IMG/VR virus record: IMGVR_UViG_3300004883_000001
Span: 1 to 50,469 of that record
Length of the DNA: 50,469 nucleotides
DNA from: a virus
Reading direction: 5' to 3' (one strand)
Below the pieces are notes generated by a model, which was given only the letters and a program-made list of their open reading frames with translations, searched no databases and had not been told where the DNA came from. Shown here one piece after another: positions 31,974 to 40,429 of this stretch. Positions within the stretch are counted from its first letter, which is position 1; each line of letters begins with the position of its first letter. Both the position numbers and the translations under genes were made by a program.

Positions 31974-33817
31974 GAAACCACGAAGACTACACTTACCTCT
32001 GTATCGACTTGGAAACCGACGCACTCAAGGCCACGAAAATCTGGTGTGCGGTAGTACAAGATGTCTATACAGGACAAGTCTGGAAGTTCGAACCACATGA
32101 GATGGAGAAACTTGCAGAATTCATAACAAAAAATAAGAAACCCACAGTCAAGTGGGTCGGACATAATGCAATCAGCTTTGACTTCCCTGTTATATCTCGC
32201 CTGCTTGGTGTTGATATTCCCATTAATTCTATTCTTGACACCCTTAATCTTTCCTACCTTTATCATCCTCACATGCCTAAAGGCCACTCGCTCAAAGCGT
32301 GGGGAGAGAGGTTTGGAGATGACAAGATAGAGTTTGACGACTTCTCGGCCTACTCCGAGGAGATGATGACGTACTGCGTACAAGACGTCGCCTTAACTTG
32401 CAAGGTCTTTAAGGCCCTCACCAAACGAATGTTAGGACGAGGCTTCACAGAACTCTCTTGCGAGATTGAACATAAAATTCGAAAGATAATTGATGACCAA
32501 CAAAACAATGGCGTCTGGTTCGACGAAAGAGCCGCGACGATATTGCTTGCAGACTTCGAGTCTCGTAAAGCCAAGTTGGAGGAACGCATTCACTCCGTGT
32601 TCCCTCCCGAACTTGTCATTCAAAATACATATAACTATCGAGTTCGACAGGACGGCACCCCCTACGCCAGCTACCAAAGACATGTTGAGCGCTATCCTTC
32701 GATTACCTTCAACAATGACCGAAGCATGTACCGAACATGGGATTATCGGCATTTCAATATTGGCTCTCCCAAGCAACGAGTCGAGCGACTACTACGTCTG
32801 GGATGGGAGCCGACAGAATTCACACCCGTTACTAAGAAAGGTGGGGGCGGCAATCCAAAGGTAACTGAGGACCAGCTAATAGCCTTCGCCGAGAAATCGG
32901 GAATTGAAGAAGTAGAATTAATCAAAGATTGGATGCTCTATGAAACCCGTATCTCAAGCCTGCGAGAATGGCTTAAACACCTCTCAGAGGATTCAAGAAT
33001 ACACGGACGTGTCTATACTTGCGGTGCTGGCACTCGCCGTATGCGCCACACTACTCCTAACACTGCAAATATATGTGGAATCCACAAACCTTATGGTGAA
33101 GAGATGCGTTCTCTTTGGGGGTGTAGTCCTGGCACTCTTCTTGTCGGTATTGATGCTAAAGGTTTAGAGGGCCGAGTATTAATCCACTACCTGGAGAGCG
33201 AGGAGGCTAAAGCCGTCTTCATGTCTGGTGACGTCCATCAGATGAATGCTGACGCCTGTTCCGCGGCCCTTGGTTTTGAGGTCTCCCGTAACACCGCAAA
33301 AACCCTCTACTACGCATTTCTATATGGAGCAAGCGATGGAAAACTTGGAAAGACTGTCGGGAAGAGCAGGAAAGCAGGGAAACTTATTCGTGCTGCCATT
33401 ATGGCCAACGTTCCAGGACTTGCAGAACTCACAGCCTCAATCCAGAACGAGTTCCATGCCACCGCCGAAGGGTGGCTGGCTACTATTGATGGTGGCTTTG
33501 TGCGTTGTCCTAGTCCTCATGCGGCACTAAACTACAAGTGCCAGTCAGCTGGCGGTATCCTAATGAAGGCTGCCACTATCCTGGCCTACGGTATGGAGCT
33601 GGACGGAGTCTTTATGGACAACCCTTGGGACCTGTCAAAGGTTAAGAAAGTCTTAGACGTGCATGATGAAGTGCAGATGGAGTCCGAACCAGGCTACGCA
33701 GAGACCTGCGGACAAATCTACTGTGATGCGATAACACTGGCGGGTGAGCTGCTAGGGTTTAACATCAAACAAGAAGGAGACTATAGTGTCGGGCAAAACT
33801 GGAAAGAAACCCACTAA
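31964..33817 (+). CDS. Family-A DNA polymerase with 3'-5' exonuclease domain (T7 gp5-like)
   Basis: 617 aa. Exo I LCIDLETDAL; motif A LVGIDAKGLEGRVL; motif B RNTAKTLYYAFLYGAS; motif C VHDEVQ. Confidence 0.92.
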   Translation: MYLRNHEDYTYLCIDLETDALKATKIWCAVVQDVYTGQVWKFEPHEMEKLAEFITKNKKPTVKWVGHNAISFDFPVISRLLGVDIPINSILDTLNLSYLYHPHMPKGHSLKAWGERFGDDKIEFDDFSAYSEEMMTYCVQDVALTCKVFKALTKRMLGRGFTELSCEIEHKIRKIIDDQQNNGVWFDERAATILLADFESRKAKLEERIHSVFPPELVIQNTYNYRVRQDGTPYASYQRHVERYPSITFNNDRSMYRTWDYRHFNIGSPKQRVERLLRLGWEPTEFTPVTKKGGGGNPKVTEDQLIAFAEKSGIEEVELIKDWMLYETRISSLREWLKHLSEDSRIHGRVYTCGAGTRRMRHTTPNTANICGIHKPYGEEMRSLWGCSPGTLLVGIDAKGLEGRVLIHYLESEEAKAVFMSGDVHQMNADACSAALGFEVSRNTAKTLYYAFLYGASDGKLGKTVGKSRKAGKLIRAAIMANVPGLAELTASIQNEFHATAEGWLATIDGGFVRCPSPHAALNYKCQSAGGILMKAATILAYGMELDGVFMDNPWDLSKVKKVLDVHDEVQMESEPGYAETCGQIYCDAITLAGELLGFNIKQEGDYSVGQNWKETH

Positions 33818-34034
33818 ACTTGACGGCTGGTCCGTTATTGATAAATCCTCTCAATTCAAGGGACGGGGTCTGACAGCTTACAAACTGTCGGGCACCCTCT
33901 CTGAGGGTAGGAAGAAGACTAAGGTTGTGACCGAATATGTGTTTGACCGAGTAGACCCTCGTGATGAATTGATTGAAGGGTCTACAGTGCGGACCCGCAA
34001 CTACTACTACCAACTAGGAGAAAGAAATGGTTGA
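33786..34034 (+). CDS. Hypothetical protein
   Basis: 82 aa with an AAGGAG-N6-GTG start overlapping the polymerase 3' end. Confidence 0.55.
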   Translation: MSGKTGKKPTKLDGWSVIDKSSQFKGRGLTAYKLSGTLSEGRKKTKVVTEYVFDRVDPRDELIEGSTVRTRNYYYQLGERNG

Positions 34035-34272
34035 TTACATGAATTTACTGGTATCCAGGATAACTCAAACTATTTCAGTCTACCCTGAGTCTATGGGCCA
34101 CATCGTATGGTCAAAAGGTGCACGGAAGTTCTCCTGGTATGTCCAAACTCAAGGCGGAGACATCTTAAGCTCAGGCCAAACGTCTTGCACACATCAAGGT
34201 GCTGTAGACGACATGCGCCAGTATTTCACCTTTATCGCTCCTAAGAAAGGAAGCGCCCCGTGGACAAAGTAG
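34027..34272 (+). CDS. Hypothetical protein
   Basis: 81 aa with a GGAG SD and an 8-nt overlap with the upstream ORF. Confidence 0.6.
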   Translation: MVDYMNLLVSRITQTISVYPESMGHIVWSKGARKFSWYVQTQGGDILSSGQTSCTHQGAVDDMRQYFTFIAPKKGSAPWTK

Positions 34273-34324
34273 ACTTGAAATCAAGACTACGTCTGAACCT
34301 ACCTACACCTACTAAGGAGACTAT

Positions 34325-34513
34325 ATGACTAAGAAAACCTCAAAAGGTCGTCGACCATCGGCACCTATCCCTACCGAGTTCACGCAGCGTCCTGATGGTC
34401 GCTACAACTTCTGGCAATACCGATTCATTAAAGGCCACTCTGCAAGCAGGAATAACCCTGTGTGGTGTATTATGGGCGTCTTGAAGAAAATACCTGACTG
34501 GGCAACGTCATGA
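34325..34513 (+). CDS. Hypothetical protein
   Basis: 62 aa with an AAGGAG SD and an ATGA overlap with the next gene. Confidence 0.6.
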   Translation: MTKKTSKGRRPSAPIPTEFTQRPDGRYNFWQYRFIKGHSASRNNPVWCIMGVLKKIPDWATS

Positions 34514-34755
34514 GAAAAGCAGCAGGAACAGTCTTGGCAGCACTACTCGGCCTATTCATCGTAGCCTCTGTAGGCACGGTAATGGCATTAATATTCAGCT
34601 TCCTAGACTGGATAGGGTATGATAATTCCATGAAAGTATTCGGAGCAGTTCTTATGCTCGTTCTTATATCGTCAGGCTACATGGCAGGAACCATGTTCCT
34701 CCCTGAAATCCAAGAAAAACTACTTAATAGACTCTTTGGAAGGAGTAAGATATGA
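34510..34755 (+). CDS. Membrane protein, tandem paralogue 1
   Basis: 81 aa, 2-3 TM. The C-terminus LPEIQEKLLNRLFG matches the next gene. Confidence 0.65.
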   Translation: MRKAAGTVLAALLGLFIVASVGTVMALIFSFLDWIGYDNSMKVFGAVLMLVLISSGYMAGTMFLPEIQEKLLNRLFGRSKI

Positions 34756-34979
34756 GAACTGTTGTAGACCTAATCATCCGAACTGTCGTCGGGCTGTTAG
34801 TATTAGCTTTAACGCTTCTCTTTTTTGTCGTGTGTTTCTACGTAATCGCGTGGATTGGTGTTGAAATATTCATAGCGGTTGTGTTAGCAACGGTGGTAAC
34901 GATAGTCTGTGCATCCTTGGGAGGTGAAATACTCCCTTCATTCCGAAAAAAACTACTTGACAAACTCTTCAAAGGGTGA
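34752..34979 (+). CDS. Membrane protein, tandem paralogue 2
   Basis: 75 aa, 2-3 TM, C-terminus LPSFRKKLLDKLFKG, with an ATGA overlap with paralogue 1. Confidence 0.65.
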   Translation: MRTVVDLIIRTVVGLLVLALTLLFFVVCFYVIAWIGVEIFIAVVLATVVTIVCASLGGEILPSFRKKLLDKLFKG

Positions 34980-34985
34980 TATGAT
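34957..34985 (+). promoter_or_regulatory. Near-consensus sigma70 promoter (TTGACA-N17-TATGAT) upstream of the SSB/recombination block
   Basis: -35 at 34957-62 and -10 at 34980-85 (11/12 match to consensus). It overlaps the end of ORF 34752..34979 and lies 87 nt before ATG 35072. Confidence 0.5.
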
Positions 34986-35071
34986 ACCTCATAAGACTTG
35001 TGCGTGCTACTGGCACCAGTCCTCTATATTCCTACCACAGCAGCCAAAAACAAAAAGAAAAGAAAACGTTT

Positions 35072-35551
35072 ATGATTATTGAAAGCACCATTTGGTGGGC
35101 TAAAGTTCTTAAAGCCGTCCCTAACTACAACAAAGACGGTGAAGAGTTCACGGTCGATGTCACAGTCACTCCTGCTATTCGTGAGCAGCTACGTGAGGCT
35201 GGCATTGAACATAAAATCCAACCTGCGGTTAACTCCAGAGGCCGCGCCCACGTATCGGAAGGTGAGTACATTAACATCACAATCCCCACGATGGGCGGGA
35301 AGACTGCTTTGCGTCCGCCCCAAGTCAAAGACCGTTTCGGCAACGACTGGCCAAAAGACGCCCTCATTGGTAACGGTTCTACAGCCGAAATCATGTTTGA
35401 AGTTCGTTCAGGCGTCCTCCGCAACGGTGACGCATGGGCTAAGCCTTCTCTTCGGGCAGTCAAAATCCTTGACCATGTCCCTGTAGAGCCTAAGGAAGAC
35501 TTCACCTATGACGTCGCACCTGCTGACGTTACGCAGGAGGCTTGGGACTAA
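35072..35551 (+). CDS. Single-stranded DNA-binding protein (T7 gp2.5-like) candidate
   Basis: Track ORF 35000..35551 with internal ATG 35072. WWAKVLKAVPNY..., IGNGSTAEIMFEV...LRAVKIL and the acidic/aromatic tail DVTQEAWD parallel gp2.5 features. Confidence 0.55.
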   Translation: MIIESTIWWAKVLKAVPNYNKDGEEFTVDVTVTPAIREQLREAGIEHKIQPAVNSRGRAHVSEGEYINITIPTMGGKTALRPPQVKDRFGNDWPKDALIGNGSTAEIMFEVRSGVLRNGDAWAKPSLRAVKILDHVPVEPKEDFTYDVAPADVTQEAWD

Positions 35552-36441
35552 TCGCCAAGAAAACCATAGACACCCTCATCCCCGATATATATGCGTTGTT
35601 CGAGGATGGGGTTGTTTGTGACAAGGAATTGCTGGCCAAGTATGGGGAAATGGTCGGCAAGAACCTTGCACAACAGCTTGAAGACGCTACAACTGAACGA
35701 GTTCCGAGGCTCAGGCTTAGTGCTATTGGGAAGCCCTCTCGTCAGCTATACTACGAGCTGAACTACGCCCCTAAGGAATCTCTTACAGGTGACACCCTCT
35801 TTAAGTTCCAGTACGGTCACATACTCGAAGAGATGGTCCTCTACCTAGCCAAAGAGGCTGGACATGAGGTACTATACGAGCAGAAGGAAGTGACCATCGG
35901 AGGTATTAAGGGACATATCGATGCTTACATTGATGGTGTCCTAGTCGACGTTAAATCCGCAAGCCCCTTCGGCTTCTTAAAGTTCAAGAACGGTACCATC
36001 CGTCAGAACGATGGGTTCAATTATATACCTCAGCTAGCAGCCTACAGCCAATCCGAAGGAAACCCTGACGGGGCCTTCCTCGCCATTAACAAGATTAACG
36101 GTGAGATGTGTTTGTGTAAGTTCCCTTCCGAGGAGTTAGCAGCAGTAGACATACAAGGTCACATCGCTCGACAGAAGCGTGTTCAAGATAACCCACATCG
36201 GGTCCCTGAACGATGTTTCGATACCGTACCTGAGGGTAAGTCTGGCAACATGCGTCTTGGAACTAACTGCGGATACTGTCCCTTTAAGCAACACTGCTGG
36301 AGAGACGCTAACGGAGGGAAAGGCCTACGTGCCTTCGCGTATTCTAATAAGGTGACTTTCTTAACGAAAGTTGCAAAGCAGCCTCGAGTGTTTGAGGTTG
36401 AAATGAAAAAACCAAAAGAAAGAGTAAAACCTAGTGTCTGA
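35542..36441 (+). CDS. PD-(D/E)xK exonuclease, Cas4/RecB-like with C-terminal Cys cluster
   Basis: 299 aa. GHIDAYIDGVLVDVKS (D...D-x-K) and NCGYCPFKQHCW. The TTG start is from the track and remains uncertain. Confidence 0.7.
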   Translation: MGLIAKKTIDTLIPDIYALFEDGVVCDKELLAKYGEMVGKNLAQQLEDATTERVPRLRLSAIGKPSRQLYYELNYAPKESLTGDTLFKFQYGHILEEMVLYLAKEAGHEVLYEQKEVTIGGIKGHIDAYIDGVLVDVKSASPFGFLKFKNGTIRQNDGFNYIPQLAAYSQSEGNPDGAFLAINKINGEMCLCKFPSEELAAVDIQGHIARQKRVQDNPHRVPERCFDTVPEGKSGNMRLGTNCGYCPFKQHCWRDANGGKGLRAFAYSNKVTFLTKVAKQPRVFEVEMKKPKERVKPSV

Positions 36442-36733
36442 TAACAATAATAATAACGAAGACAGTAATGTTACCCCAATCCGACGAGGCAAAACTAAAG
36501 ACTATCTCGCAGAGATTCTTGAAGAAGCCAACCAAACCGTCCGACCACCTTCATGGTCTATTCTCATGGAAGAAGGCATCGAGTTCCTTTTAGAAGGGAA
36601 TGTATCTATCATAGGCGGCGCTTACGCCCTGCTTGATACGGAAGGCAAGGTCATCTGGACGGCTCCTCTGGACGCTGTAAACCACATGGTCATGCTGGAT
36701 AATTCCTTAGAGGATGACGAACCGCATGGCTAA
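36434..36733 (+). CDS. Hypothetical acidic protein
   Basis: 99 aa with a GTG start and a poly-Asn N-terminus. It contains the near-match GTATCTATCAT at 36602. Confidence 0.55.
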   Translation: MSDNNNNNEDSNVTPIRRGKTKDYLAEILEEANQTVRPPSWSILMEEGIEFLLEGNVSIIGGAYALLDTEGKVIWTAPLDAVNHMVMLDNSLEDDEPHG

Positions 36734-37130
36734 GGCCGAGCGTAAAGTACCTGCTGCCAAGAGGCGGGGCAAGTATCGTTCCATATTTGAGTTCGACCTT
36801 GCCTCAGCTCTTAAGAAAAAGAAAGTAGAGTTTGATTACGAGAAGACCAAAGTACCTTATGTGCTTAGAAAGACATACACCATTGATATGGACGTCTACC
36901 CTAAATCTGGCGGAGTCTTCTACGTGGAAGCTAAGGGAGTCTTGACCCCTGCTGACAGAACAAAAATGAGGGCTGTGAAAGAACAGCATCCCCACCTTGA
37001 CATAAGGTTTGTCTTTCAGAACGCTTACAATAAGTTGAACAAACGCAGTAAAACCACCTACGCTCAGTGGGCCGACAAGAACGGCTTCCAGTGGGCACAC
37101 AAGAGGATACCAGTAGAATGGACCACTTAG
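36714..37130 (+). CDS. Endonuclease I / Holliday-junction resolvase (T7 gp3-like)
   Basis: KVEFDYEKTKVPYV...YTIDMDV...FYVEAKG...DRTKMRAVKEQHPHLDIRFVF...TTYAQWADKNGF...IPVEW is co-linear with T7 endonuclease I. ATG 36726 is an alternative start. Confidence 0.9.
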   Translation: MTNRMAKAERKVPAAKRRGKYRSIFEFDLASALKKKKVEFDYEKTKVPYVLRKTYTIDMDVYPKSGGVFYVEAKGVLTPADRTKMRAVKEQHPHLDIRFVFQNAYNKLNKRSKTTYAQWADKNGFQWAHKRIPVEWTT

Positions 37131-37489
37131 ACATCCTTCCTTCTTTCCGTAAAGTTCGTAGAGTAGGCTCACAAAACATAGTAGGAGTCACACCTAACGA
37201 CTCAGACTTTTTAGTTTTGTGTAGCAGACGAGAAAGCACTTTAAAAAGACTGGAAAAGCTTGGGTATCTAGTAGAGTCAGGTCGGGAGTCGTCCTACGGA
37301 GCTGTCTTTTTGAAGGATTTTGTCTCTTTGAGAAAAAACAAGATTAATATTATCTTGACCTCTGATAAGAAGTTCTTTTTAAACTTTCTCATGGCTAATA
37401 AGGTGTGCGTAGACCTCCAACTAACTTCACGAGAGGACCGTGTCAAGGTACATAAAACTCTCTTATACACAAATCCAAAGGATTTATAG
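37118..37489 (+). CDS. Hypothetical protein
   Basis: Track ORF 37067..37489. The internal ATG 37118 overlaps the endonuclease stop by 13 nt. Confidence 0.5.
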   Translation: MDHLDILPSFRKVRRVGSQNIVGVTPNDSDFLVLCSRRESTLKRLEKLGYLVESGRESSYGAVFLKDFVSLRKNKINIILTSDKKFFLNFLMANKVCVDLQLTSREDRVKVHKTLLYTNPKDL

Positions 37490-37490
37490 A

Positions 37491-38231
37491 TTGAAAATAC
37501 TAATATACGATATTGAAACAACCCCCATCCTTGGCTACACTTGGGGCACTTGGAATACTAACGTTATCCAGGTCAAACAAGACTGGCAGATGATTTGTTT
37601 CGCCTACAAGTGGTACGGCTCCAAAGCCCGACCAGCTTTTGTACGGCCTCCATTAGGCGACCCGTGGAACGATAAGGCGATGGTTAAAGAGTTGTGGACA
37701 CTCTTCGACGAAGCTGATGTTCTGGTGGGTCACAATGTGGATAAGTTCGACACGAAGAAGGTTAACGCCTTGTTCCTCCGTCATGGGCTTAGACCGCCTT
37801 CCCCAACTAAGTCTGTGGACACTCTCAAGGTCTCTCGACGTAACTTCTCTAACAGCTCTAATAAGCTGGACTCACTGACCCAGATGTTGGACCTCGGAAA
37901 GAAGACGGAGAATGCTGGCTACATGAAGCTGTTCAACGGCTGTATGCTGGATGATGACCCTAAGATGTGGAGACTTATGGAACGCTACAACAAGCAAGAC
38001 ATCGTCCTCACTGAGCGTCTCTATCTAATGCTTCTACCGTGGATGAAGTCACATCCTGTGGACTTAGACAACCCTGATGGGTGTCGTGCCTGTGGCCATA
38101 CAAAGCTACAGAAGCGAGGCTTCCAAGACACCAATACGTTCCGTTATCAGCGGTATCAGTGCCCTAAGTGTGGCAAGTGGCATCGTGGTAGGACTCGTAT
38201 CCCTCTCGATAAAAAACCGGAGTACACGTAA
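37491..38231 (+). CDS. RNase H-fold (DnaQ/PolB-exo-like) 3'-5' exonuclease with C-terminal zinc ribbon
   Basis: ILIYDIETTP (Exo I), LVGHNVDKFD (Exo II) and CRACGH...CPKCGKWH. Track start is 37440; TTG 37491 follows AAGGA-N8 and comes right after the upstream stop. Confidence 0.65.
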   Translation: MKILIYDIETTPILGYTWGTWNTNVIQVKQDWQMICFAYKWYGSKARPAFVRPPLGDPWNDKAMVKELWTLFDEADVLVGHNVDKFDTKKVNALFLRHGLRPPSPTKSVDTLKVSRRNFSNSSNKLDSLTQMLDLGKKTENAGYMKLFNGCMLDDDPKMWRLMERYNKQDIVLTERLYLMLLPWMKSHPVDLDNPDGCRACGHTKLQKRGFQDTNTFRYQRYQCPKCGKWHRGRTRIPLDKKPEYT

Positions 38232-38467
38232 TGAGAACTAAAGGAACTTTGAAAGTAGGTAAGCTTACTATCACATACAGCTTCAACAAAGGGGACCCTG
38301 TGTACGATTTCACCACCCCTAAGTACGGGTGGAGTATGTCAACAGCAATGATTGACAGCGAGCCTCAGCTAGCTCGTAAGTATCTAAACACTCAGTTCGA
38401 CAAGCTTGACTTCAATTTAGACACTAGAAAACGTCTCTTCCAGTCTTTAGGTCTTGCCGATGCCTAG
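38231..38467 (+). CDS. Hypothetical protein
   Basis: 78 aa with a TAATG overlap with the upstream gene. Confidence 0.55.
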   Translation: MRTKGTLKVGKLTITYSFNKGDPVYDFTTPKYGWSMSTAMIDSEPQLARKYLNTQFDKLDFNLDTRKRLFQSLGLADA

Positions 38468-38630
38468 TGAATTAGATGTAATCTTAGAACGACTCAAAGC
38501 TCACTTCACGGTGAGTGAGTTCGTCGACTTCTTAGACCTCGAGTGGTACCACCTGTTGGACCAAGAGACTGTCCTAGACCTTATCGCTGACAACCTACAA
38601 GCAATCAAAGAGGAGATTGGAATTGACTGA
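38460..38630 (+). CDS. Hypothetical 56-aa acidic protein
   Basis: ATG overlaps the upstream stop by 8 nt. Sequence: MPSELDVILERLKAHFTVSEFVDFLDLEWYHLLDQETVLDLIADNLQAIKEEIGID. Below the track threshold. Confidence 0.5.
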   Translation: MPSELDVILERLKAHFTVSEFVDFLDLEWYHLLDQETVLDLIADNLQAIKEEIGID

Positions 38631-39222
38631 TACAACTAAATCTGGAACTTCGGACAGAGGCAATTTCACCATCGTCCAGTCAGGGAGGAAATTTTATTTC
38701 TCTGACCCGCGTCCCGAAGAGATTGACATAACGGACATTGCCCACTCCCTGTCTAGACAGTTCCGCTTCACAGGTCACACCACAGTGCCTTGGAGCGTGG
38801 CTCAGCATAGTCTAGCTCTCTTGTATTACGCACAGGTAGAACTTAATCTGACCAACTGTCAACTGCACACTATCCTGCTACATGACGCCTCTGAGGCCTA
38901 CCTATCAGATGTAGCACGACCTGCAAAACGTATGTTACAAGGCTACATGGAGTTGGAAGACCAAGTTCACGAAGCTATTTCTAATAAGTACGAGCTTGAG
39001 TTTCCACACCAAGCGTGGTTGAAGGAGATTGATTACCGAATCACAGCCGACGAAGTCCTTGAGTTCTGTGAGAACAAAGACATCTACGGTGACTGGGGTT
39101 TTGAAGTGGAGCCTTTAGGGTTGAGCCCGTACTTGAAGACTCTGTCCGCTATGACTATGGAGGAGATTAAAGAACGGTTCTTACAGGAGCATGAAAATAT
39201 GGAAAGGCTTCGTAATGTCTAA
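38623..39222 (+). CDS. HD-domain phosphohydrolase, YfbR-like 5'-deoxynucleotidase type
   Basis: WSVAQHSLAL ... ILLHDASEAYLSDVARPAK (H...HD...D). Track start is TTG 38617; TTG 38623 has AGGAG 7 nt upstream. Confidence 0.7.
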   Translation: MTDTTKSGTSDRGNFTIVQSGRKFYFSDPRPEEIDITDIAHSLSRQFRFTGHTTVPWSVAQHSLALLYYAQVELNLTNCQLHTILLHDASEAYLSDVARPAKRMLQGYMELEDQVHEAISNKYELEFPHQAWLKEIDYRITADEVLEFCENKDIYGDWGFEVEPLGLSPYLKTLSAMTMEEIKERFLQEHENMERLRNV

Positions 39223-39442
39223 GCTAGGTATTATCGAGTTAATTGGCACCATCCTCGCCTTAATTGGTGCCACCTTACTAGCCTTTAATATAGGCGTCTC
39301 TAAGTATGCTTACCTGTTCTTTATCAGTGCAGCCCCGTTCCTTTGTATGGTTTGCTATAAGAACAAGCTATGGGGTTTCCTTGGACTGCAGGCAGCATAC
39401 TTCACCATCAACGTTATTGGCCTAATCAACTGGCTGTTATAG
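39215..39442 (+). CDS. 3-TM membrane protein, PnuC/SemiSWEET-like half-transporter pattern
   Basis: Track ORF 39191..39442; ATG 39215 overlaps the HD stop. IELIGTILALIGATLLAFN...LWGFLGLQAAYFTINVIGLINW resembles one PnuC repeat. The functional call is weak. Confidence 0.45.
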   Translation: MSKLGIIELIGTILALIGATLLAFNIGVSKYAYLFFISAAPFLCMVCYKNKLWGFLGLQAAYFTINVIGLINWLL

Positions 39443-39450
39443 GAGTACAG

Positions 39451-39765
39451 ATGAGCGACAACACCGCTGTAAAGTTTGACGGAGACAAGATTCGAATGGA
39501 GCTTCTCCCTACACATGCCTTAGAAGAGATTGGCAAAGTCATGACCTTCGGAGCTAAGAAGTACGACGATGAGAACTGGCGAGGAGGTATGAGCTGGAAA
39601 AGGTTGGTAGGTGCTGCACTACGACATCTATTCGCTTGGTCGTCAGGTGAGAACACGGACCCCGAGAGCGGCCTCTCACATCTATCACATGCCGCCTGTT
39701 GCCTGGCCTTCCTCATCACGTATGAGAAGACCTCTACGGGTACAGATGACCGATACGTCTACTAG
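39451..39765 (+). CDS. DUF5664 / dATP-dGTP diphosphohydrolase (MazZ) N-terminal-domain-like protein
   Basis: Track ORF 39370..39765; ATG 39451 follows AGGAG. KFDGDKIRMELLP..ALEEIGKVMTFGAKKYDDENWRGG...AALRHLFAWSSGENTDPESGLSHLSHAA matches the family pattern as I recall it. Confidence 0.6.
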   Translation: MSDNTAVKFDGDKIRMELLPTHALEEIGKVMTFGAKKYDDENWRGGMSWKRLVGAALRHLFAWSSGENTDPESGLSHLSHAACCLAFLITYEKTSTGTDDRYVY

Positions 39766-39782
39766 GTCAGTTCATTAAGCAT

Positions 39783-39821
39783 AAAAAAGCCCCCTTGGAG
39801 AAATCCTTGGGGGCTTTTTTT
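39783..39821. terminator. Bidirectional intrinsic terminator at the convergence of the two arms
   Basis: AAAAAA-GCCCCCttGGA-gaaa-TCCttGGGGGC-TTTTTTT: the stem spans 39789-39814 with a GAAA loop, an A-tract on one side and a T-tract on the other. It lies between the stops at 39765 (+) and 39841 (-). Confidence 0.85.
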
Positions 39822-39840
39822 ATGTTTAAATTTCTAAAGT

Positions 39841-40413
39841 CTAGCTTAAAGTCACGCCTGTGATGGCTTCACCTATCTGACGCCTAAGCCTGACCCCTAC
39901 ACGGGCATCCGAAACGGTGCCCGACTTCTGCGAAGTGAAGAAACCTAAAGGGGCTGCCTCAGCAGGAAAAGGAAGACTGTGAGGGGTGGCAAACTCTTCA
40001 TACTTGTGAGTATGGTTAACCTGCCCTCCGCCGTCTGTGGGGCTGCTTACGGTTATGCTACATACATCCTGAGAGGAGGTGTTCGATGCCGACTGAAACT
40101 GACGACAGACCACAGTGGCGTTAGAGCCTGTTGTGAAACTGTCCGCTTGGAAGTACATGGCAAATACCTCCCACCCTGACTTACCGTCATGAGGGATACC
40201 GACATAACCTGTAGAACCGTTACCGTAAGACCACTCGAAACCACTGGCGTTCAACGTAGCGTTCTCTTCCGCCCAAATCTCTCGATACTCGTAGATGGGT
40301 GTAGTAGTTACTGACAACGACAACCCTTCTCTTGCTTCAACCCTATCGTTAAGATTGACAAGCTTAGTGGCGAGTAGAGTGTGAGCGTCCAAGGACTTCT
40401 CGGTAATAGTCAT
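39841..40413 (-). CDS. Fibre/receptor-binding candidate, paralogous N-terminus to the upstream gene
   Basis: 190 aa. The N-terminus LDAHTLLATKLVNLNDR parallels LAFELLATKLVELHDE of ORF 40430..40945, and the remainder is beta-rich. It is the last gene of the leftward arm. Confidence 0.5.
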   Translation of the reverse strand: MTITEKSLDAHTLLATKLVNLNDRVEAREGLSLSVTTTPIYEYREIWAEENATLNASGFEWSYGNGSTGYVGIPHDGKSGWEVFAMYFQADSFTTGSNATVVCRQFQSASNTSSQDVCSITVSSPTDGGGQVNHTHKYEEFATPHSLPFPAEAAPLGFFTSQKSGTVSDARVGVRLRRQIGEAITGVTLS

Positions 40414-40429
40414 AGCTAGCCCTTTTCAA

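Noticed and set aside
17803-37239. Minus-strand track ORFs inside the rightward arm (17803..18042, 18810..19001, 20350..20658, 24535..25032, 25101..25412, 31970..32383, 32432..32776, 35125..35505, 36804..37172, 36931..37239 and others)
   Set aside because: Each is fully antisense to a + strand gene with recognisable motifs or a strong SD. Their composition is Arg/Ser/Leu-rich and typical of shadows, and none would fit the unidirectional operon layout.
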